The notes beneath the pieces are model-generated. The model worked only from the letters and a program-made list of their open reading frames with translations. It did no database searches and was not told the origin of the DNA. From Gammaproteobacteria bacterium (GTDB lineage Bacteria > Pseudomonadota > Gammaproteobacteria > Arenicellales > Arenicellaceae), in the NCBI GenBank assembly GCA_017854775.1, contig JAFMHC010000001.1, positions 3,095 to 67,094 of the forward strand: DNA of 64,000 nt. Reading direction: 5' to 3'. A program made the position numbers and the translations under genes. Positions 40,669-48,675 of the stretch are shown here, one piece after another; the first letter of the stretch is position 1, and each line of letters opens with the position of its first letter.

Positions 40669-40702
40669 ACACCGCAGTAGCTGTAGTCACTGCGGTGTAT
40701 TT
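40669..40702 (+). terminator. intercistronic hairpin / weak terminator
   Basis: ACACCGCAGT-N10-ACTGCGGTGT followed by ATTTT. Confidence 0.6.
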
Positions 40703-40808
40703 TGCTTAAACACTTGCCGAACCCTAATCGCTTTGCCCTAGACCCTTTACTAGACCCTTTAGTTGATCTAAACGCATTGCCCAATTGATTGCCAAGGACA
40801 GAGAAAAT

Positions 40809-43800
40809 ATGCCACAAGACGAAAAGCAAATAGTCGACTCCGCGGTCGCTGAAGCCGGTGCCTACGATGTCATTCGCAAACGTTTAGACGAGCAAGGAAC
40901 TCGGCTAAAGAAACTTGCGCAAACACTCAATGAAGCTCGCTTAGCCGAATTTGGCGGCGTGCAAATGCAGGCCATTGGTCGCACCCGTATTCGCACCGAA
41001 AATAACTGCGTGCCACGCGACATAGTGCAAGTTGGCAATACCATGCTGTTTGGCTATAACGTATTCATTGGACTAAAAAAGGAAACTAAGATCGATGACG
41101 TATTTGCCGCATTAGAACTGATTGAAAACAACGACAGCTTCGAATTAAAGCCTGTCGACCTAAGCACCACTTTTCTAAGCGACTCACGTTTTCAAGGTGA
41201 CTTTGATGAGCTATACCGATATTACAAAGAAGCCCGCTTAGTTAAGCTGACAACTAAAGACGGCAAGTTGCTAGCTGGCTTCCAAGTTGGTGAGCGGGCC
41301 AATGATTTGCGCGTTTTTCGCTGGTCAATCTCAGCTGATGGCAACGACATTAGCTATATCGATAATCGCGGTGAACGAGATATTCAACTCCCCGATCAAT
41401 ACGATTTTGAATGGACTGAATGCAAACGCGACAATTTTGTCCATGGCAAGCATCCTCATGTAAATATCGCCGATAAGGTTTTTGTAGAAACGATTGGTGG
41501 CGACCTCACGATAAAGATCGAAGACAACACCGAAGATGGCTTGGGCATCTATTCTGAACCAGTAGACGAAGCCAACCAATCGCTTGACGATGCTGATATA
41601 TCGTATGCCTTAGTCGGTGATTTAGTACTATTGGCAATCAAGCCTTATAAAGAAGAAACGACCCGTTATTTAGTTTTTAATACCCTAACCGAAGATGTGC
41701 ATCGCATTGATGCCATCGGCCAGTCGTGTGTTCAGCTGCCTGAAGACCACGGCATTATTTTCCCTGGCGGCGTGTACCTACAAACAGGGGAAACTAAACT
41801 ATTCCCTGATCAAGTAAGCGGCCTAGTTTTCAAACGCACCATTCGCTCGCCCAATGGCGAAGACGTGTTATACGTTTTCTACGAGCCAATCGAGGGGCGC
41901 TTTGCTCTTTTCAGCTATAACTTAATTACCAAGGGGCTGCAAAACCCGATCTACAGCAATGGCTATGCATTGCGTAACGACGGCAAGCTAGTAATATTTT
42001 CAGCCGAGCATGAGCCAACACGAGTACACCCCATGCAAGTTTGGCAAACTTCGTACATCAGCACTGAGTATGCCAGCCAACAACCTGAAAGCACGACCGA
42101 GCTGGGCAAAATTGGTAACTCCGAATTGGTTCGTGGTGTTTCTGACCTCTACTCAATTCAAACACAAATCGCCAACAAAGAAGTATCGATGCGCCATTAT
42201 GAAGAACTAAATGGCGCGGCAAAAAGAGTATTCGATACGCATTACTGGCTAGACAACTCCAGTCACGATGCAATAGCGGCAACACTGCGCGAGGTATCGG
42301 CAACCGCCGAGCTGGTGATCGACGAATTTGAGAAAGTTCAGAGCATTCAACAGCAGTCAACCCAGTCACTTAGCGACGCCAAATCTCAGCAACGTAAATT
42401 GCTCGGCGCTATCTCGACGACTACCTGGGAAAACGCCGCTCAATTTGTTGCCTCGATCTCTAAAATTCGCAAACAACGCGGACACATAGCGACGATCAAA
42501 AGCTACCGTTATATTAATCTCGAAGAGCTTACCGAACTAGATGACGAATTGGTCTCGACTGAAGCCGACTTAGGCGCGCGAACAGTTGAATTCTTAGCCG
42601 ACGAAAATGCATTAGACTCATACTCGCAACAAACCAGTGAGGTCACCGAGGCGATTGAGCAAGCGACCACCGATGCTGAGATACGCCCATTACTGGAGAG
42701 TATCGTCGAGACAACCTCTCAGCTGGATTTATTGTCTGAGTTAATCACCACACTAAAGATTGACGACACCACCATTCGAACTCGCATAGTCGACACCATC
42801 TCGGAAGTCTATGCCAAGCTAAATCAAACTAAAGCGCGCGGCACACAAAAGCAAAAAGGCTTAGGATCAGAAGAAGCTATTGCGCAATTTTCAGCCCAAT
42901 TCAAGCTGTTCTCGCAAAGCATCACCAATGCCTTAGGCGTTGCTAACACGCCCGATAAGTGTGATGAACAACTGGCCAAACTGCTGGTTCAATTGGAAGA
43001 CTTAGAAAGCCAATTCAGTGACTATGATCAGTTCTTAAGCGACATTATGGACAAGCGTGAGGCGATTTACGAATCGTTTGAAGCGCACAAACAAAGCTTA
43101 ATGGAAGCGCGCCAGCGTCGCGCGCAAACCTTAACAGACTCAGCTGATCGAATTCTGAAAAGCATTGAAAAACGCTCACTAAAATTAAAAGACAGCGACG
43201 AGCTAAACACCTACTTCGCCTCGGACACCTTAGTTTTAAAAACTAATGAGTTGATCCAACAACTGCGCGACTTAGATTCTGAAGTAGCCGCCGATGATGT
43301 GCACTCGCGCTTCAAAGCGTTAAGAGAACAGTCGGTCCGCTCACTAAGGGATAAAAACGACATCTACGAAGATGGCGGCAAAGTCATCAAGCTTGGACCC
43401 AAACACAAGTTCAGCGTTAATCAGCAAGAGTTAGATCTGACGATTATTCCGCGTAATGACGAGTTGTTCTTTCATCTAATCGGCACCGACTACTACGAGC
43501 CAGTCAACGACCAGACGCTGCAACAGTCACAGCAGTATTGGTCAATGTCATTGGAATCTGAGACGCCTGAACTGTATCGGGCAGAATACCTAGCCTACTT
43601 GGTCATCACCGCGGCACAGCAAGAGCGTGACGAGCTAAGCATGGCGACCCTAAAAAGCGCCGCTAAAGAAATCGACGTACTAACCAAGCTGGTTCGTGAC
43701 TTTTCAACGCCGTACTACAAACATGGCTATCAGAAAGGCATTCATGACAGTGATGCCGCTCTGATTATCCAAGCCGCTCTGCCAGTAATGGCTTCTGCTG

Positions 43801-46163
43801 AGCTATTAATGTTCGGGCCTTTTGCGCGCGGTTTAGCATCTCTCTTCTGGGCCAACTTGAATGATTCAAAGGTTAAAGACAGTTGGCAACAGCGTGCCAC
43901 CTCGGCGGTCACCTTAAATAGGCTATTCGCCGATAATAAAGCCGAAGCCTTGCTAGCCAGCGAAATCGCTGAACACATAACCGCCTTCATCGAACACTAC
44001 CCAATTACCGCAGACCCGCAGAGTGTGAGTAGATCAGCCCACTATTTGCTAGAGCAGCTGGCAAGCAATGCCACACAGTTTAGTCAAAGCAAATACGCTC
44101 GTGATTTAGTCGCCGACTTTAACCGAGCTCTGGACGACAAGTCGCGCCAGCAGTTCACCTCGTCGCTAGAGGCTCTGGGCGCACAACCAGATCAACAATG
44201 GGCATTGGCGCACGCATGGTTAACTGCGGTAGTAGAGCGCAAAGAGTTAGGCCCCTTAAAACGTTACATCCCGGAAGCGGCGGCGAATTTAATCGGCGGT
44301 GTTGAGCTAAGCGCCAACGATGCCAAACTAGAACTAAGTATTGGCAGCTTACTCGGCGAGCATATTAAAATCACCAGCCAGACTCTTAATTTTAGTTTGG
44401 ATGAATACTGGCAACGTATGCAACGCCATGAAAACAAAACACTGCCCGAATACCATCACTATTTAGAGTTACGCTCGAACACCATGAAGCAAGAGCGTAG
44501 CCAATTGAAGCTAGAATCATTCAAGGCTAAACCGCTTAGTTCCTTTGTTCGAAACCGCTTGGTCAACGAGTCTTACTTGCCACTCATTGGCGACAACTTA
44601 GCCAAGCAAATGGGCACCGTCGGCGAAAATAAGCGTACCGACCTGATGGGCTTGTTGATGATGATCTCACCGCCTGGCTACGGTAAAACCACCTTGATGG
44701 AATACGTCGCCAATCGTCTCGGCTTAATCTTCATGAAGATCAACTGCCCCGCCCTAGGTCATGATGTAACCTCATTAGACCCAGAGCAAGCACCCAACTC
44801 GACCGCTCGCCAAGAGCTTGAGAAGATCAATTTGAGCTTTGAGATGGGCAATAATGTGATGCTCTACCTTGATGATATTCAGCATACTCACCCGGAATTT
44901 TTGCAAAAATATATCTCACTTTGTGATGGTACTCGTCGTATTGAAGGCGTGTGGCGTGGCAAAACGAAAACCTATGATATGCGCGGCAAGAAGTTTTGTG
45001 TCGTCATGGCCGGTAACCCATACACCGAGTCTGGCGAAGTTTTCAAAGTTCCAGACATGCTGGCTAACCGCGCAGATATTTATAACCTCGGTGACATTTT
45101 AGGCGGCATGGAAGAGATATTTGCCCTTAGCTATGTTGAAAACTCACTGACCTCGAACCCAGTACTGGCGCCGCTTGCGACTCGTGAGATGCAAGATGTT
45201 TATCACCTAGTGGCAATGGCGCAAGGTGAGAACGTGGCAACTACCGAACTCAGTCATCAATACAGCGCCGCTGAATTAAACGAAATAACCAGCGTGCTGC
45301 AAAAGATGTTTGTGATTCAAGAGCTGATTCTAAAAGTGAATCAACAATACATTGCATCGGCTGCACAAGCTGATAGATATCGCACCGAACCACCGTTTAA
45401 ATTGCAAGGCAGCTATCGCAACATGAACAAGATGGCTGAAAAAATCTCATCGGTGATGAACCAAGAAGAGCTGATGCAATTAATCGAAGACCACTATCAA
45501 GGTGAGTCTCAGCTACTAACCAATGGTACCGAAGAAAACTTACTGAAACTGGCCGAACTTCGCGGCAACATGAGTGAACCGCAAAAAGCACGCTGGGCGC
45601 AAATCAAAGACGACTTCTCACGCAGCAAAGCAATGGGCGGTGAAGACGCCGATGGTAGCGTTAAAATTGCCAATCAGATGATCAACTTAGTCGAGCAAAT
45701 AAAAACTATTAAGACCTCAGTTGAAGGTTCTTCAGTTGCTGCCAGAGAACGACTAGAAGATCAAAACCAATTCGAAATAAAGCTGGCTAGGTCTCAACGC
45801 AAAAACCAAGCCGAGAACCTAGAGGCTTTGTTAGCGGCACTGCAAAAGATTAGTGACTCTGTCGGCCAGCCCTCTGACACCGTGGTAGAAATTATCAATC
45901 AACCATCGTCCAAGATCGGCGATACCCTAGAAGTGTTAGCCAAGTCAATGGAGCACAGCATTAAGCCATTAATTCTCAGTATGGAGAAAAAAATGGACAT
46001 TGATTTACGCACACTGGAAAACATCCAAGAACTAGGTAATCGTATAGATGCGATCAAAATAGCCGCCGCTAAAACTACTCGCACTATCGAAAAAACCAGC
46101 TCAAAGAAACGTAGTAAAAAAGTCGATACCGATAAAGATAGCTCTGACAGTAAACGCTTCTAA
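40809..46163 (+). CDS. large AAA+ ATPase (DUF3686, so-called DNA repair ATPase family)
   Basis: Beta-rich N-terminus, long helical middle, Walker A SPPGYGKTT, Walker B LYLDD, AGNPY, LANRAD; ATG at 40809 after GAGA. Confidence 0.88.
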   Translation: MPQDEKQIVDSAVAEAGAYDVIRKRLDEQGTRLKKLAQTLNEARLAEFGGVQMQAIGRTRIRTENNCVPRDIVQVGNTMLFGYNVFIGLKKETKIDDVFAALELIENNDSFELKPVDLSTTFLSDSRFQGDFDELYRYYKEARLVKLTTKDGKLLAGFQVGERANDLRVFRWSISADGNDISYIDNRGERDIQLPDQYDFEWTECKRDNFVHGKHPHVNIADKVFVETIGGDLTIKIEDNTEDGLGIYSEPVDEANQSLDDADISYALVGDLVLLAIKPYKEETTRYLVFNTLTEDVHRIDAIGQSCVQLPEDHGIIFPGGVYLQTGETKLFPDQVSGLVFKRTIRSPNGEDVLYVFYEPIEGRFALFSYNLITKGLQNPIYSNGYALRNDGKLVIFSAEHEPTRVHPMQVWQTSYISTEYASQQPESTTELGKIGNSELVRGVSDLYSIQTQIANKEVSMRHYEELNGAAKRVFDTHYWLDNSSHDAIAATLREVSATAELVIDEFEKVQSIQQQSTQSLSDAKSQQRKLLGAISTTTWENAAQFVASISKIRKQRGHIATIKSYRYINLEELTELDDELVSTEADLGARTVEFLADENALDSYSQQTSEVTEAIEQATTDAEIRPLLESIVETTSQLDLLSELITTLKIDDTTIRTRIVDTISEVYAKLNQTKARGTQKQKGLGSEEAIAQFSAQFKLFSQSITNALGVANTPDKCDEQLAKLLVQLEDLESQFSDYDQFLSDIMDKREAIYESFEAHKQSLMEARQRRAQTLTDSADRILKSIEKRSLKLKDSDELNTYFASDTLVLKTNELIQQLRDLDSEVAADDVHSRFKALREQSVRSLRDKNDIYEDGGKVIKLGPKHKFSVNQQELDLTIIPRNDELFFHLIGTDYYEPVNDQTLQQSQQYWSMSLESETPELYRAEYLAYLVITAAQQERDELSMATLKSAAKEIDVLTKLVRDFSTPYYKHGYQKGIHDSDAALIIQAALPVMASAELLMFGPFARGLASLFWANLNDSKVKDSWQQRATSAVTLNRLFADNKAEALLASEIAEHITAFIEHYPITADPQSVSRSAHYLLEQLASNATQFSQSKYARDLVADFNRALDDKSRQQFTSSLEALGAQPDQQWALAHAWLTAVVERKELGPLKRYIPEAAANLIGGVELSANDAKLELSIGSLLGEHIKITSQTLNFSLDEYWQRMQRHENKTLPEYHHYLELRSNTMKQERSQLKLESFKAKPLSSFVRNRLVNESYLPLIGDNLAKQMGTVGENKRTDLMGLLMMISPPGYGKTTLMEYVANRLGLIFMKINCPALGHDVTSLDPEQAPNSTARQELEKINLSFEMGNNVMLYLDDIQHTHPEFLQKYISLCDGTRRIEGVWRGKTKTYDMRGKKFCVVMAGNPYTESGEVFKVPDMLANRADIYNLGDILGGMEEIFALSYVENSLTSNPVLAPLATREMQDVYHLVAMAQGENVATTELSHQYSAAELNEITSVLQKMFVIQELILKVNQQYIASAAQADRYRTEPPFKLQGSYRNMNKMAEKISSVMNQEELMQLIEDHYQGESQLLTNGTEENLLKLAELRGNMSEPQKARWAQIKDDFSRSKAMGGEDADGSVKIANQMINLVEQIKTIKTSVEGSSVAARERLEDQNQFEIKLARSQRKNQAENLEALLAALQKISDSVGQPSDTVVEIINQPSSKIGDTLEVLAKSMEHSIKPLILSMEKKMDIDLRTLENIQELGNRIDAIKIAAAKTTRTIEKTSSKKRSKKVDTDKDSSDSKRF

Positions 46164-46183
46164 CATTAAGGTAAAATAAGTTC

Positions 46184-46585
46184 ATGCAATTAAGCATCAC
46201 AGATCCAGCGTTTCTCTTTCCGGGGATTTCACTACTATTCTTAGCCTATACCAATCGCTACTTAGCCTTAGCCAGTATTGTTCGGTCATTAAATCAGAGC
46301 TTCGATGACCTAGATGGGGAAAACCGAGTGCAGCAGATCGAATCAATTCATCTACGAATCTTGCTGATCAAATACATGCAGGCATTTGGAGTCGTGGCGT
46401 TTTTATTCTGCATTTTTTCCATGCTAGCGTTAATCTCTAGCCAGCAGCATTACGGTGAGGTTTTATTTGTCGCGAGTCTCGCGTCGATGACTATCTCACT
46501 ACTACTGTCGCTGACTGAAGTGCTAAAATCTGGGCAGTCTTTGAAGTTGGAGCTTGATAGAACGCATGTGCGAAAACGTAAGTAG
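46184..46585 (+). CDS. DUF2721 membrane protein
   Basis: TDPAFLFPGISLLFLAYTNRY, LIKYMQAFG and SLLEV-like EVLKSG motifs. Confidence 0.85.
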   Translation: MQLSITDPAFLFPGISLLFLAYTNRYLALASIVRSLNQSFDDLDGENRVQQIESIHLRILLIKYMQAFGVVAFLFCIFSMLALISSQQHYGEVLFVASLASMTISLLLSLTEVLKSGQSLKLELDRTHVRKRK

Positions 46586-47157
46586 TGTTTTTCGTAACCA
46601 CGAAATACCCAAGCAACATACATCTAAACCTAGGCCACGCCACGCCAGACCTGATTTATAAAAATGATACACGTAGTTCTGATAATATCGAAGGCAAAGG
46701 ACAGGAAGATTTTGAAGGTCTAGTCATTCAATACGGAAGTGAAAGCTACCTTTCATGGTTTAGAATTTTGAATTTTCTTAATTTACGTTGATACGGTCCA
46801 TGGTTTGATATCAGCTCGTCTTACTAATTAATAGTGATAATCATTTCAGAGACTTGAGCACCCTTCAGTAAAACTTAAATTTGAAGTGCTGACGTTTAGC
46901 TGTTAGATTTAACGGCTATCGTCGGAGGCATTACCGCATGATACTTTCCAGTCGATAGCATAAAAAGATTGATAGTGTTATGGGGGTGTAGTTTGTAACT
47001 AATATTGTTAAATAAGACTACATTGCGGTAATAATGTTAAATATAAAATGAGCTATTCTATAGTTTATTGATCGTCGTGTGGGAATTAGGGGAATATATG
47101 ATGGATAGCAAGGGTGTTGCGCTGTATTTGGTCAAGACTACTAGGTTGGGCATTTAG

Positions 47158-48675
47158 TTGGGTTTGAAACTAGAGAGTAAAAGTAGAAACGTCGGATGGT
47201 ATGAAACTAGGCCGTCTGAAACTGTTGTTATTTTTATTCATGGCGTTTTTTCTAATTCTGAAAAATGCTGGACCGCGAGTGGAGATATATTTTGGCCAGA
47301 GTTATTGGCAAATGATCCTCGAATTAAATGCCCAAGAATTTTTTTAGCTGAGTTTTATACCTCCTATAGTTCGGGCGACTACGGAATTGAAGAGTGTGCA
47401 AAAGAAGTTTACGGCCAGTTAAACCGTGTTGACTCCAATCTAAACGAATCTCCTCTTTCATTTCCCAAAATAGTGTTTGTAGCACATAGTACTGGCGGGA
47501 TTGTTGCAAGATATATTCTAGACCAGTACCGCGAATCTTTTGTTGGAAAAGATGTAGGGTTATGCCTATATGCGTCACCATCATATGGTTCTAAGTTAGC
47601 TAATTTACTCGGCATTATTGGAAGGTTCGCTGGGCATAAGTTGGCACGAGAGCTTAAATGGGGAAGTGATATATTAGTGAATCTTGAAAGTCGATTTGTC
47701 CAGCTAGTTCATAGTGACCGGATGAAGCTTGTTGGATTAGAAGCTATCGAAAATAATGCGCCTTTAAGTATACCAATATTGAGGACACGAGTCGTTGAAA
47801 GTACTTCTGCTGCTAGATACTTTGGAAATAGAAAAATAGTACCCAACACAGATCATAGCTCTATCGTAAAGCCTGTAGATCATTCCTCGGTATCACATCA
47901 ACTTCTTATTGATTTTCTTTTAAATGAAAAGTTATTAACTACTAATAGCAATTTAAAACAGATTAAGTACCCTTCTTTATTTGATCGCTATCAGACTAAA
48001 TTCGAAGATTTTTATTTAAGTCGAGATGCTGATGGAGAGCTCAGCAGTCTATTTAACCAATATAGCTTGTGGGTGAGTGGACCTCCTGGTTTTGGTAAAA
48101 CAGTCGCGTTAACAAGGGTTATTGAATTAGGAGATCATTACGTTCGCTATATTTCTCTAGCCGCTTGCGTAGGCTCGCCAGCTAGATATTTAATGTTAGT
48201 GATCAACTCAGAGCTAAGTAAAATTGCTGTCGACGATAGTTTACCTATTAATGATTGCCTTCGAAATACTGCTGAAATCATAAGCGCTGAATGTAAACGG
48301 ATGCCTTTTTGTTTATTTATAGAAGAGATTCCAATTGCGGATGAGGAGGAATTTTCCACCTTCGTCGAACTTATTTTTGCATTACTTAACATATTAAATA
48401 GTTGTGATAATTTTAAGTTGATTTTATCTTCTATATTCCACCCTGATCGCGTTCCGCCTGAACTCGAAAAAAATTATGAAAGAATGCAGATATTGAAATG
48501 GTTGCCTTGGGATGATGAAGATTTTGAAAAATTGGCAGATATACTAACTTTAGATACAGGTATAGAGCTTGATGCAGAGCTTCTCTCTGGTGAGCTTGAA
48601 AACAATCCACGGCAGCTAAAGCAATTGTTTAGGGATAAGCTTAGGAATAGGTCAGAACGAAAGAGTCCATTATGA
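47158..48675 (+). CDS. alpha/beta hydrolase (PGAP1/SesB-like) fused to a STAND-type P-loop NTPase
   Basis: FIHG, AHSTGG and TDHSSIVKP hydrolase motifs; GPPGFGKT, LFIEE and NPRQL NTPase motifs. TTG start; see the finding on the upstream in-frame ATG. Confidence 0.82.
   Translation: MGLKLESKSRNVGWYETRPSETVVIFIHGVFSNSEKCWTASGDIFWPELLANDPRIKCPRIFLAEFYTSYSSGDYGIEECAKEVYGQLNRVDSNLNESPLSFPKIVFVAHSTGGIVARYILDQYRESFVGKDVGLCLYASPSYGSKLANLLGIIGRFAGHKLARELKWGSDILVNLESRFVQLVHSDRMKLVGLEAIENNAPLSIPILRTRVVESTSAARYFGNRKIVPNTDHSSIVKPVDHSSVSHQLLIDFLLNEKLLTTNSNLKQIKYPSLFDRYQTKFEDFYLSRDADGELSSLFNQYSLWVSGPPGFGKTVALTRVIELGDHYVRYISLAACVGSPARYLMLVINSELSKIAVDDSLPINDCLRNTAEIISAECKRMPFCLFIEEIPIADEEEFSTFVELIFALLNILNSCDNFKLILSSIFHPDRVPPELEKNYERMQILKWLPWDDEDFEKLADILTLDTGIELDAELLSGELENNPRQLKQLFRDKLRNRSERKSPL

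Noticed and set aside
39752-40829. Minus-strand ORFs of up to 176 aa antisense to the flotillin gene
   Set aside because: The Ser/Ala/Leu-rich reading is the expected mirror of an EA-rich coiled-coil sequence.
40809-46163. DNA-repair function for the large ATPase
   Set aside because: No nuclease, helicase or SMC-type signature motif was seen, and all neighbouring genes are membrane-related. The label appears to be an annotation carry-over.
46585-46791. 68-aa ORF at the left edge of the STAND island
   Set aside because: GTG start with no RBS and no recognisable motif. It may be a gene fragment, but I cannot support a call.
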